A stretch of 64,000 nucleotides of DNA from Eledone cirrhosa. Taxonomy: Eukaryota. The stretch is from assembly GCA_964016885.1 (NCBI GenBank), contig OZ024744.1:110484001-110548000 (forward strand), given 5' to 3'. Shown one piece after another: positions 45,201 through 60,950 of this stretch. The notes below the pieces were generated by a model, which saw nothing but the letters and a program-made list of their open reading frames with translations, was not told where the DNA came from and made no database searches. The position numbers and the translations under genes were made by a program. Within the stretch, counting starts at the first letter, position 1. Each line of letters opens with the position of its first letter.

Positions 45201-48200
45201 AAAACTATATAATCCACTATTGCTTACCTTGCCCTGAACACAGTAAAACTACATAATCCACTATAACTTACCTTGCTCTGAACACAGTAAAACTACACAA
45301 TCCACCATAACTTACCTTCCATTGAAAACAGTAAATTTATATAATCCACTATGGCTTACCTTGCCCTGAACACAGTAAAACTACACAATCCACTATAACT
45401 TACCTTGCTCTGAACACAGTAAAACTACACAATCCACTATAACTTACCTTGCCCTGAACACAGTAAAAGTACATAAACCACTATAACTTAACTTGCTCTG
45501 AATAGAGTAAAACTACACAATCCACTATAACTTACCTTGCCCTGAAGACAGTAAAACTACATAATCCACTATAACTTACCTTGCCCTGAACACAGTAAAA
45601 CTAACACAATCCACTATAACTTAACATGCCCTGAACACAGTAAAACTACACAACCCACTATAACTTACCTTGCCCTGAACACAGTAAAACTACACAATCC
45701 ACAATAACTTACCTTGCCCTGAACATATTAAAACTACGTAATCCACTATAACTTACCTTCCTCTAAACACAGTAAAACTACACAATCCACTATACCTTAC
45801 CTTGCCCTGAACACAGTAAAACTACACAAACCACTATAAATTACCTTGACCTGAACACAGTAAAACTACACAATCCACTATAATTTGCCTTGCCCTGAAC
45901 ACAGTAAGACTACACAATCCACTATAAATTACCTTGCTCTGAACAGAGTAAAACTAGATAATCCACTATAACTTACCTTGCCCTGAACACAGTAAAACTA
46001 CACAATCCACTATAACTTACCTTGCCCTGAACACAGTAAAACTACATAATCCACTACAACTCACCTTCCCCTGAACACAGTAAAACTACATAATCCACTA
46101 TAACTTACCATGCCCTGAACACAGTAAAACTACACAATCCACTATAACTCACCTTCCCTTGAACACAGTAAAACTACATAATCCACTATAACTTACCTTG
46201 CTCTGAACACAGTAAAACTATATAATCCACTATTGCTTACCTTGCCCTGAACACAGTAAAACTACATAATCCACTATAACTCACCTTCCCCTGAACACAG
46301 TAAAACTACATAATCCACTATAACTTACCTTGCTCTGAACACAGTAAAACTATATAATCCACTATTGCTTACCTTGCCCTGAACACAGTAAAACTACACA
46401 ATCCACTATAACTTACCTTGCCCTGAACACAGTAAAACTACACAATCCACTATAAATTACCTTGCCCTGAACACAGTAAAACTACACGATCCACTATAAC
46501 TTTCCTTGCCCTGAACACAGTAAAACTACACAATCCACTGTAACATACCTTGCTCTGAACACAGTAAAACTACACAATCCACTATAACTTACCTTGCCCT
46601 GAACACAGTAAAACTACACAATCCACTATAACTTACCTTGACCTGAACAGAGTAAAACTACACAATCCACTATAACTTACCTTGCACTCAACACAGTAAA
46701 ACTACACAATCCACTATAACTCACCTTCCCCTGAACACAGTAAAACTACATAATCCACTATAACTTACCTTGCTCTGAACACAGTAAAACTATATAATCC
46801 ACTATTGCTTACCTTGCCCTGAACACAGTAAAACTACACAATCCACTCTAACTTACCTTGCTCTGAACACAGTAAAACTACACAATCCACTATAACTTAC
46901 CTTGCCCTGAACACAGTAAAACTACATAATCCCCTATAACTTACCATGCCTGAACACAGTAAAATGACACAATCCACTATAAATTACGTTGCCCTGAACA
47001 CACTAAAACTACACAATTTTCTATAATTTACCTTGCCCTGAACACAGTAAAACTACACAATCCACTATAACTTACTTTTCTCTGAACACAGTAAAACTAC
47101 ACAAACCATTATAACTTACCTTGCCCTGAACACAGTAAAACTACACAATCCACTCTAACTTACCTTGCTCTGAACACAGTAAAACTACACAATCCACTAT
47201 AACTTACCTTGCCCTGAACACAGTAAAACTACATAATCCCTATAACTTACCATGCCTGAACACAGTAAAAGTACACAATCCACTATAACTTACCTTGCCC
47301 TGAACACAGTAAAACTACATAATCCACTATAACTTACCTTGCCCTGAACACAGTAAAACTACACAATCCACTCTAACTTATCTTGCTCTGAACACAGTAA
47401 AACTACACAATCCACTATAACTTACCTTGCCCTGAACACAGTAAAACTACATAATCCCCTATAACTTACCATGCCTGAACACCGTAAAAGTACACAATCC
47501 ACTATAACTTACCTTGCCCTGAACACAGTAAAAGTACACAATCCACTATAACTTACCTTGCCCTGAACACAGCAAAACTACACAATCCACTATAACTTGC
47601 CTTGCTCTGAACAGAGTAAAACTACACAACCCACTATAACTTACCTTGCTCTGAACACAGTAAAACTACACAACCCACTATAACATACCTTGCCCTGAAC
47701 ACAGTAAAACTACATAATCCACTATAACTTACCTTGCCCTGAACACAGTAAAACTACACAATCCACTATAACTTACCTTGCTCTGAACACAATAAACTAC
47801 ACAATCCACTATAACTTACCTTGCTCTGAACACAGTAAACTACACAATACACTATAACTTACCTTGCTCTGAACACAGTAAAACTATATAATCCACTATT
47901 GCTTACCTTGCCCTGAACAAAGTAAAACTACACAACCCGCTATAACTTACCTTCCCTGAACACAATAAAACTACACAATCCACTATAACTTACCTTGCCC
48001 TGAACACAGTAAAACTACACGATCCACTATAACTTACCTTGCCCTGAACACAGTAAAACTACACAATCCACTATAACTTACCTTGCCCTGAACACAGTAA
48101 ATCTACACAATCCACTATAACTTACCTTGCCTTGAACACAGTAAAATTACACAATCCACTATAACTTACCTTGCCCTGAACACAGTAAAACTACATAATC

Positions 48201-49199
48201 CACTATAACTTAACATGCTCTGAACACAGTAAAACTACATAATCCACTATAACTTACCTTGCCCTGAACACAGTAAAACTACACAATCCACTATAATTTG
48301 CCTTGCCCTGAACACAGTAAAACTACACAATCCACTATAAATTACCTTGCTCTGAACAGAGGAAATCTACATAACCCACTATAACTTACCTTGCCCTGAA
48401 CACAGTAAACCTACACAATCCACTATAACTTACCTTGCCCTGAACACAGTAAAACTACACAATCCACTATAACTTACCTTCCCCTGAACACAGTAAAACT
48501 ACATAATCCACTATAACTTACCATGCCCTGAACACAGTAAAACTACACAATCCACTATAACTCACCTTCCCTGAACACAGTAAAACTACATAATCCACTA
48601 TAACTTACCTTGCTCTGAACACAGGAAAACTATATAATCCACTATTGCTTACCTTGCCCTGAACACAGTAAAACTACACAATCCACTATAACTTACCTAG
48701 CCCTGAACACAGTAAAACTACACAATCCACTATAAATTACCTTGCCCTGAACACAGTAAAACTACACGATCCACCATAACTTACCTTGCCCTGAACACAG
48801 TAAAACTACACAATCCACTATAACTAACCTTGCTCTGAACACAGTAAAACTACACAATCCACTATAACTTACCTTGCCCTGAACACAGTAAAACTACACA
48901 ATCCACTATAACTTACCTTGACCTGAACAGAGTAAAACTACACAATCCACTCTAACTTACCTTGCCCTGAACACACTAAAACTACACAATCCACTATAAC
49001 TTAACTGGCCCTGAACACAGTAAAACTACACAATCCACTATAACTTACCTTGCTCTGAACACAGTAAAACTACACAATCCACTATAACTTACCTTGCTCT
49101 GAACACAGTGAAACTACACAATCCACTATAACTTACCTTGCTCTGAACACAGCAAAACTAAATAATCCACTATAACTTACCTTGCTCTGAACACAGTGA

Positions 49200-51230
49200 A
49201 ACTACACAATCCACTATAACTTACCTTGCCCTGAACACAGTAAAACTAACACAATCCACTATCACTTACCTTGCCCTGAACACAGTAAAACTACACAATC
49301 CACTATAACTTACCTTGCCCTGAACACAGTAAAACCACACAATCCACTATAAATTACCTTGCTCTGAACACACTAAAACTACACAATCTTCTATTACTTA
49401 CCTTGCCCTGAACACAGTAAAAGTAGACAATCCCCTATACCTTACCTTGCTCTGAACACAGTAAAACTACACAATCCACTATAACTTAAATTGCCCTGAA
49501 CTCAGTAAAACTACATAATCCACTGTAACTTACCTTGCCCTGAACACAGTAAAACTACACAACCCACTATAACTTACCTTGCCCTGAACACAGTAAAACA
49601 ACACGATCCACTATAGCTTACCTTGCTCTGAACACAGTAAAACTATATAATCCACTATTGCTTACCTTGCCCTGAACACAGTAAAACTACATAATCCACT
49701 ATAACTTACCTTGCTCTGAACACAGTAAAACTACACAATCCACTATAACTTACCTTGCCCTGAACACAGTAAAAGTACATAAACCACTATAACTTAACTT
49801 GCTCTGAATAGAGTAAAACTACACAACCCACTATAACTTACCTTGCCCTGAACACAGTAAAACTACATAATCCACTATAACTTACCTTGACCTGAACACA
49901 GTAAAACTACACAACCCTCTATAATTTACGTTGCCCTGAACACACTAAAACTACACAATTTTCTATAACTTATCTTGCCCTGAACACAGTAAAACTACAC
50001 AATCCACCGTAACTTACCTTGCTCTGAACACAGTAACACTACACAATCCACTATAACTTACCTTGCACTGAACACAGTAAAATTACACAATCCACTATAA
50101 CTTACCTTGCTCTGAACACAGTAAAACTACACAACCCACTATAACTTACCTTGCCCTGAACACAGTAAAACTACACGATCCACTATAACCTACCTTGCCC
50201 TGAACACAGTAAAACTACATAATCCACTATAACTTACCTTGCCCTGAACACAGTAAAACTAACACAATCCACTATCACTTACCTTGCCCTGAACACAGTA
50301 AAACTACACAATCCACTATAACTTACCTTGCCCTGAACACAGTAAAACCACACAATCCACTATAAATTACCTTGCTCTGAACACACTAAAACTACACAAT
50401 CTTCTATTACTTAGCTTGCCCTGAACACAGTAAAAGTAGACAATCCCCTATACCTTACCTTGCTCTGAACACAGTAAAACTACACAATCCACTATAACTT
50501 ACTTTTCTGAACACAGTAAAACTACACAATCCACTATAACTTAAATTGCCCTGAACTCAGTAAAACTACATAATCCACTGTAACTTACCTTGCCCTGAAC
50601 ACAGTAAAACTACACAACCCACTATAACTTACCTTGCCCTGAACACAGTAAAACTATATAATCCACTATTGCTTACCTTGCCCTGAACACAGTAAAACTA
50701 CATAATCCACTATAACTTACCTTGCTCTGAACACAGTAAAACTACACAATCCACTATAACTTACCTTGCCCTGAACACAGTAAAAGTACATAAACCACTA
50801 TAACTTAACTTGCTCTGAATAGAGTAAAACTACACAACCCACTATAACTTACCTTGCCCTGAACACAGTAAAACTACATAATCCACTATAACTTACCTTG
50901 ACCTGAACACAGTAAAACTACACAACCCTCTATAATTTACGTTGCCCTGAACACACTAAAACTACACAATTTTCTATAACTTATCTTGCCCTGAACACAG
51001 TAAAACTACACAATCCACCGTAACTTACCTTGCTCTGAACACAGTAACACTACACAATCCACTATAACTTACCTTGCACTGAATACAGTAAAATTACACA
51101 ATCCACTATAACTTACCTTGCTCTGAACACAGTAAAACTACACAACCCACTATAACTTACCTTGCCCTGAACACAGTAAAACTACACGATCCACTATAAC
51201 TTACCTTGCCCTGAACACAGTAAAACTACA
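49200..51230. repeat. About 1.01-kb (23-monomer) tandem duplication, 2 copies
   Basis: Marker aatcttctatt at 49385/50398 (offset 1013), with linked variants aagtagac, ttaaattg and ccaccgta recurring in order. Confidence 0.8.
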
Positions 51231-53699
51231 TAATCCACTATAACTTACCTTGCCCTGAACACAGTAAAATTACACAATCTACTATAACTTACTTTGCCCA
51301 GAACACAGTAAAACTACACAATCCACTATAACTTACCTCGCTCTGAACAGAGTAAAACTACACAACCCACTATAACTTACCTTGCCCTGAACACAGTAAA
51401 ACTACATAATCCACTATAACTTACCTTGCTCTGAACACAGTAAAACTATATAATCCACTATAGCTTACCTTGCCCTGAACACAGTAAAACTACATAATCC
51501 ACTATAACTTACCTTGCTCTGAACACATTAAAACTACACAATCCACTATAACTTACCTTGCCCTGAACACAGTAAAACTACATAATCCACTATAACTTAC
51601 CTTGCCCTGAATACAGTAAAACTACACAATCCACTATAACTTACCTTGTACTGAACACTGTAAAACTAACACAATCCACTATAACTTACCTTGCCCTGAA
51701 CACAGTAAAACTACACAAACCACTATAACTTACCTTGCACTGAACACTGTAAAACTAGACAATCCACTATAACTTATCTTGCTCTGAACAGAGTAAAACT
51801 ACACAACCCGCTATAATTTACCTTGCCCTGAACACAGTAAAACTACATAATCCCCTATAACTTACCTTGCTCTGAACAGTGTAAAACTACACAACCCACT
51901 ATAACTTACCTTGACCTGAACACAGTAACACTACATTATCCACTATAACTTACCTTGCTCTGAACAGAGTAAAACTACACAACCCACTATAACTTACCTT
52001 GCCCTGAACACAGTAAAACTACACAATCCACTATAACTTACCTTGCCCTGAAAACAGTAAAACTACACAAACCACTATAACTTACCTTGCCCTGAACACA
52101 GTAAAACTACACAATCCACTATAACTTACCTTGCTCTGAACAGAGTAAAACTACACAACCCACTATAACTTACCTTGCCTTGAACACAGTAAAACTACAC
52201 AATCCACCATAACTTACCTTGCCCTGAAAACAGTAAAACTACACAATCCACTATAACTTACCTTGCCCTGAACACAGTAAAACTACACAATCCACTATAA
52301 CTTAAATTGCCCTGAACTCAGTAAAACTACACAATCCACTCTAACTTACCTTGCCCTGAACACACTAAAACTACACAATCCACTATAACTTAACTGGCCC
52401 TGAACACAGTAAAACTACACAATCCACTATAACTTACCTTGCTCTGAACACAGTAAAACTACACAATCCACTATAACTTACCTTGCTCTGAACACAGTGA
52501 AACTACACAATCCACTATAACTTACCTTGCTCTGAACACAGCAAAACTAAATAATCCACTATAACTTACCTTGCTCTGAACACAGTGAAACTACACAATC
52601 CACTATAACTTACCTTGCCCTGAACACAGTAAAACTAACACAATCCACTATCACTTACCTTGCCCTGAACACAGTAAAAATATACACAATCCACTATAAC
52701 TTACCTTGCTCTGAACAGAGTAAAACTACACAACCCACTATAACTTACCTTGCCCTGAACACAGTAAAACTACACAATCCACTATAACTTACCTTGCCCT
52801 GAAAACAGTAAAACTACACAATCCACTATAACTTAACTTGCCCTGAACTCAGTAAAACTACACAATCCACTCTAACTTACCTTGCCCTGAACACACTAAA
52901 ACTACACAATCCACTATAACTTAACTGGCCCTGAACACAGTAAAACTACACAATCCACTATAACTTACCTTGCTCTGAACACAGTAAAACTACACAATCC
53001 ACTATAACTTACCTTGCTCTGAACACAGCAAAACTAAATAATCCACTATAACTTACCTTGCCCTGAACACAGTAAAACTAACACAATCCACTATCACTTA
53101 CCTTGCCCTGAACACAGTAAAAATATACACAATCCACTATAACTTACCTTGCCCTGAACACACTAAAACTACACAATCTTCTATTACTTACCTTGCCCTG
53201 AACACAGTAAATGTAGACAATCCCCTATACCTTACCTTGCTCTGAACACAGTAAAACTACACAATCCACTATAACTTAAATTGCCCTGAACTCAGTAAAA
53301 CTACATAATCCACTGTAACTTACCTTGCCCTGAACACAGTAAAACTACACAACCCACTATAACTTACCTTGCCTTGAACACAGTAAAACAACACGATCCA
53401 CTATAGCTTACCTTGCCCTGAACACAGTAAAACTACATAATCCACTATAACTTACCATGCCTTGAACACAGTAAAACTACACAATCCACTATAACTCACC
53501 TTCCCCTGAACACAGTAAAACTACATAATCCACTATAACTTACCTTGCTCTGAACACAGTAAAACTATATAATCCACTATAGCTTACCTTGCCCTGAACA
53601 CAGTAAAACTACACAATCCACTATAACTTACCTTGCCCTGAACACAGTAAAACTACACAACCCTCTATAATTTACCTTGCTCTGAACACAGTAAAACTA

Positions 53700-56600
53700 C
53701 ACAATCTACTTTAACTTACCTTGCCCTGAACACAGTAAAACTACACAATCCACTATAACTTACCTTGTTCTGAACACAGTAAACTACACAATCCACTATA
53801 ACTTACCTTGCTCTGAACAGAGTAAAACAACGCAACCCACTATAACTTACCTTGCCTGAACACAGTAAAACGACATAATCCACTATAAATTACGTTGCCC
53901 TGAACACACTAAAACTACTCAATTTTCTATATCTTATCTTGCCCTGAACACAGTAAAACTACACAATCCACCGTAACTTACCTTGCTCTGAACACAGTAA
54001 CACTGCACAATCCACTATAACTTACCTTGCCCTGAACACAGTAAAATTACACAATCCACTATAACTTACCTTGCTCTGAACACAGTAAAACTACACAACC
54101 CACTATAACTTACCTTGCTCTGAACAGAGTAAAACTACACAACCCACTATAACTTACCTTGCCCTGAACACAGTAAAACTACATAATCCACTATAACTTA
54201 CCTTGCTCTGAACACAGTAAAACTATATAATCCACTATAGCTTACCTTGCCCTGAACACAGTAAAATTACACAATCCACTATAACTTACCTTGCTCTGAA
54301 CACAGTAAAACTACACAACCCACTATAACTTACCTTGCTCTGAACAGAGTAAAACTACACAACCCACTATAACTTACCTTGCCCTGAACACAGTAAAACT
54401 ACATAATCCACTATAACTTACCTTGCTCTGAACACAGTAAAACTACACAACCCACTATAACTTACCTTGCTCTGAACAGAGTAAAACTACACAACCCACT
54501 ATAACTTACCTTGCCCTGAACACAGTAAAACTACATAATCCACTATAACTTACCTTGCTCTGAACACAGTAAAACTATATAATCCACTATAGCTTACCTT
54601 GCCCTGAACACAGTAAAACTACACAATACACTATAACTTACCTTGCCCTGAACACAGTAAAACTACATAATCCACTATAACTTACCTTGCTCTGAACACA
54701 GTAAAACTACATAATCCACTATAACTTACCTTGCCCTGAACACAGTAAAACTACATAATCCACTATAACTTACCTTGCCCTGAACACAGTAAAACTACAC
54801 AATCCACTATAACTTACCTTGCCTTGAACACAGTAAAATTACACAATCCACTATAACTTACCTTGCTCTGAACACAGTAAACTACACAATCCACTATAAC
54901 TTACCTTGCTCTGAACAGAGTAAAACAACGCAACCCACTATAACTTACCTTGCTCTGAACACAGTAAAACTATATAATCCACTATTGCTTACCTTGCCCT
55001 GAACACAGTAAAACTACATAATCCACTATAACTTACCTTGCTCTGAACACATTAAAACTACACAATCCACTATAACTTACCTTGCCCTGAACACAGTAAA
55101 ACTACATAATCCACTATAACTTACCTTGCCCTGAACACAGTAAAACTACACAATCCACTATAACTTACCTTGCACTGAACACTGTAAAACTAACACAATC
55201 CACTATAACTTACCTTGCACTGAACACTGTAAAACTACACAATCCACTATAACTTACCTTGCTCTGAACAGAGTAAAACTACACAACCCGCTATAATTTA
55301 CCTTGCCCTGAACACAGTAAAACTACATAATCCCCTATAACTTACCTTGCTCTGAACAGTGTAAAACTACACAACCCACTATAACTTACCTTGACCTGAA
55401 CACATTAACACTACATTATCCACTATAACTTACCTTGTTCTGAACACAGTAAAACTATATAATCCACTATTGCTTACCTTGCCCTGAACACAGTAAAACT
55501 ACACAATCCACTATAACTTACCTTGCTCTGAACAGAGTAAAACTACACAACCCACTATAACTTACCTTGCCCTGAACACAGTAAAACTACACAATCCACT
55601 ATAACTTACCTTGCCCTGAAAACAGTAAAACTACACAATCCACTATAACTTACCTTGCCCTGAACACAGTAAAACTACACAATCCACTATAACTTACCTT
55701 GCCTGAACAGAGTAAAACTACACAATCTACTATAATTTACCTTGCCCTGAACACAGTAAAAGTACATAATCCACTATAACTTACATTCCCTGAACACAGT
55801 AAAACTACACAATCCACTATAACTTACCTTGCCATGAACACAGTAAAAGTACATAAACCACTATAACTTAAATTGCTCTGAATAGAGTAAAACTACACAA
55901 CCCACTATAACTTACCTTGCCCTGAACACAGTAAAACTACATAATCCACTATAACTTACCTTGCCCTGAACACAGTAAAACTACACAACCCTCTATAACT
56001 TACCTTGCTCTGAACACAGTAAAACTACATAATCCTCTATAACTTACCTTGCCCTGAACTCAGTAAAACTAACGCAACCCACTATAACTTACCTTGCCTG
56101 AACACAGTAAAACGACACAATCTACTATAAATTACGTTGCCCTGAACACACTAAAATTACACAATTTTCTATAACTTATCTTGCCCTGAACACAGTAAAA
56201 CGACACGATCCACTATAACTTACCTGGCTCTGAACACAGTGAAACTACACAATCCACTATAACTTACCTTGCCCTGAACACAGTAAAACTACATAATCCA
56301 CTATGGCTTACCTTGCCCTGAACACTGTAAAACTACACAATCCACTATAACTTACCTTGCTCTGAACACAGTAAAACTACACAACCCACTATAACTTACC
56401 TTGCCCTGAACACAGTAAAACTACACAATCCACTATAACTTACCTTGCCCTGAACACAGTAAAACTACACAATCCACTATAACTTACCTTGTTCTGAACA
56501 CAGTAAACTACACAATCCACTATAACTTACCTTGCTCTGAACAGAGTAAAACAACGCAACCCACTATAACTTACCCTGCCTGAACAAAGTAAAACGACAT

Positions 56601-59600
56601 AATCCACTATAAATTACGTTGCCCTGAACACACTAAAACTACTCAATTTTCTATATCTTATCTTGCCCTGAACACAGTAAAACTACACAATCCACCGTAA
56701 CTTACCTTGCTCTGAACACAGTAACACTGCACAATCCACTATAACTTACCTTGCCCTGAACACAGTAAAATTACACAATCCACTATAACTTACCTTGCTC
56801 TGAACACAGTAAAACTACACAACCCACTATAACTTACCTTGCCCTGAACACAGTAAAACTACACAATCCACTATACCTTACCTTGCACTGGACACAGTAA
56901 AACTACACAATCCACTATAACTTACCTTGCCCTGAACACAGTAAAACTACATAATCCACTATAACTTACCTTGCCTTGAACACAGTAAAATTACACAATC
57001 TACTATAACTTACTTTGCCCTGAACACAGTAAAACTACACAATCCACTATAACTTACCTTGCTCTGAACAGAGTAAAACTACACAACCCACTATAACTTA
57101 CCTTGCCCTGAACACAGTAAAACTACATAATCCACTATAACTTACCTTGCTCTGAACACAGTAAAACTATATAATCCACTATAGCTTACCTTGCCCTGAA
57201 CACAGTAAAACTTCACAATACACTATAACTTACCTTGCTCTGAACACAGTAAACTACACAATCCACTATAACTTACCTTGCTCTGAACAGAGTAAAACAG
57301 CGCAACCCACTATAACTTACCTTGCTCTGAACACAGTAAAACTATATAATCCACTATTGCCTACCTTGCCCTGAACACAGTAAAACTACATAATCCACTA
57401 TAACTTACCTTGCTCTGAACACATTAAAACTACACAATCCACTATAACTTAACTTGCCCTGAACACAGTAAAACTACATAATCCACTATAACTTACCTTG
57501 CCCTGAACACAGTAAAACTACACAATCCACTATAACTTACCTTGCCCTGAACACAGTAAGACTACACAATCCACTATAACTTACCTTGCTCTGAACAGAG
57601 TAAAACTACACAACCCACTATAACTTACCTTGACCTGAACACATTAACACTACATTATCCACTATAACTTACCTTGTTCTGAACACAGTAAAACTATATA
57701 ATCCACTATTGCTTACCTTGCCCTGAACACAGTAAAACTACACAATCCACTATAACTTACCTTGCTCTGAACAGAGTAAAACTACACAACCCACTATAAC
57801 TTACATTGCCCTGAACACAGCAAAACTACACAATCCACTATAACTTACCTTGCCCTGAAAACAGTAAAACTACACAATCCACTATAACTTACCTTGCCTT
57901 GAACACAGTAAAACTACACAATCCACTATAACTTACCTTGCCTGAACAGAGTAAAACTACACAATCTACTATAATTTACCTTGCCCTGAACACAGTAAAA
58001 GTACATAATCCACTATAACTAGACCTTCCCTGAACACAGTAAAACTACACAATCCACTATAACTTACCTTGCCCTGAACACAGTAAAAGTACATAAACCA
58101 CTATAACTTAACTTGCTCTGAATAGAGTAAAACTACACAACCCACTATAACTTACCTTGCCCTGAACAGAGTAAAACTACATAATCCACTATAACTTACC
58201 TTGCCCTGAACACAATAAAACTACACAACCCTCTATAACTTACCTTGCTCTGAACACAGTAAAACTACATAATCCTCTATAACTTACCTTGCCCTGAACA
58301 CAGTAAAACTAACACAATCCACTATAACTTACCTTGCCTGAATACAGTAAAACGACACAATCTACTATAAATTACGTTGCCCTGAACACACTAAAACTAC
58401 ACAATTTTCTATAACTTATCTTGCCCTGAACACAGTAAAACTACACGATCCACTGTAACTTACCTTGCTCTGAACACAGTAACACTACACAATCCACTAT
58501 AACTTACCTTGCCCTGAACACAGTAAAACTACATAATCCACTATGGCTTACCTTGCCCTGAACACTGTAAAACTAAACAATCCACTATAACTTACCTTGC
58601 TCTGAACACAGTAAAACTACACAACCCACTCTAACTTACCTTGCCCTGAACACAGTAAAACTACACAATCCACTATAACTTACCTTGCCCTGAACACAGT
58701 AAAACTACACAATCCACTATAACTTACCTTGCCCTGAACACAGTAAAACTACACAATCCACTATAACTTACCTTGCCCTGAACACAGTAAAACTACACAA
58801 TCCACTATAACTTACCTTGTTCTGAACACAGTAAAACTACATAATCCACTATAACTTACCATGCCCTGAACACAGTAAAACTACACAATCCACTATAGCT
58901 TACATTGCTCTGAACACAGTAAAACTACAAGATCCACTATAACTTACCTTGCTCTGAACAGAGTAAAACAACGCAACCCACTATAACTTACCCTGCCTGA
59001 ACACAGTAAAACGACATAATCCACTATAAATTACGTTGCCCTGAACACACTAAAACTACTCAATTTTCTATATCTTATCTTGCCCTGAACACAGTAAAAC
59101 TACACAATCCACCGTAACTTACCTTGCTCTGAACACAGTAACACTGCACAATCCACTATAACTTACCTTGCCCTGAACACAGTAAAATTACACAATCCAC
59201 TATAACTTACCTTGCTCTGAACACAGTAAAACTACACAACCCACTATAACTTACCTTGCCCTGAACACAGTAAAACTACACAATCCACTATAACTTACCT
59301 TGCCCTGAACACAGTAAAACTACATAATCCACTATAACTTACCTTGCCTTGAACACAGTAAAATTACACAATCTACTATAACTTACTTTGCCCTGAACAC
59401 AGTAAAACTACACAATCCACTATAACTTACCTTGCTCTGAACAGAGTAAAACTACACAACCCACTATAACTTACCTTGCCCTGAACACAGTAAAACTACA
59501 TAATCCACTATAACTTACCTTGCTCTGAACACAGTAAAACTATATAATCCACTATAGCTTACCTTGCCCTGAACACAGTAAAACTTCACAATACACTATA

Positions 59601-60950
59601 ACTTACCTTGCTCTGAACACAGTAAACTACACAATCCACTATAACTTACCTTGCTCTGAACAGAGTAAAACAACGCAACCCACTATAACTTACCTTGCTC
59701 TGAACACAGTAAAACTATATAATCCACTATTGCCTACCTTGCCCTGAACACAGTAAAACTACATAATCCACTATAACTTACCTTGCTCTGAACACATTAA
59801 AACTACACAATCCACTATAACTTAACTTGCCCTGAACACAGTAAAACTACATAATCCACTATAACTTACCTTGCCCTGAACACAGTAAAACTACACAATC
59901 CACTATAACTTACCTTGCACTGAACACTGTAAAACTAACACAATCCACTATAACTTACCTTGCCCTGAACACAGTAAAACTACACAATCCACTATAACTT
60001 ACCTTGCTCTGAACAGAGTAAAACTACACAACCCACTATAACTTACCTTGACCTGAACACATTAACACTACATTATCCACTATAACTTACCTTGTTCTGA
60101 ACACAGTAAAACTATATAATCCACTATTGCTTACCTTGCCCTGAACACAGTAAAACTACACAATCCACTATAACTTACCTTGCTCTGAACAGAGTAAAAC
60201 TACACAACCCACTATAACTTACATTGCCCTGAACACAGCAAAACTACACAATCCACTATAACTTACCTTGCCCTGAAAACAGTAAAACTACACAATCCAC
60301 TATAACTTACCTTGCCCTGAACACAGTAAAACTACACAATCCACTATAACTTACCTTGCCTGAACAGAGTAAAACTACACAATCTACTATAATTTACCTT
60401 GCCCTGAACACAGTAAAAGTACATAATCCACTATAACTTACCTTCCCTGAACACAGTAAAACTACACAATCCACTATAACTTACCTTGCCCTGAACACAG
60501 TAAAAGTACATAAACCACTATAACTTAACTTGCTCTGAATAGAGTAAAACTACACAACCCACTATAACTTACCTTGCCCTGAACAGAGTAAAACTACATA
60601 ATCCACTATAACTTACCTTGCCCTGAACACAATAAAACTACACAACCCTCTATAACTTACCTTGCTCTGAACACAGTAAAACTACATAATCCTCTATAAC
60701 TTACCTTGCCCTGAACACAGTAAAACTAACACAATCCACTATAACTTACCTTGCCATGAACACAGTAAAACGACACAATCTACTATAAATTACGTTGCCC
60801 TGAACACACTAAAACTACACAATTTTCTATAACTTATCTTGCCCTGAACACAGTAAAACTACACGATCCACTGTAACTTACCTTGCTCTGAACACAGTAA
60901 CACTACACAATACACTATAACTTACCTTGCCCTGAACACAGTAAAACTAC
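53700..60950. repeat. About 2.4-2.7-kb higher-order repeat, about 3 variant copies
   Basis: Marker aattttctatatcttatc at 53921, 56645 and 59062 (offsets 2724, 2417). Marker cttcacaatacac at 57211/59584. Confidence 0.8.
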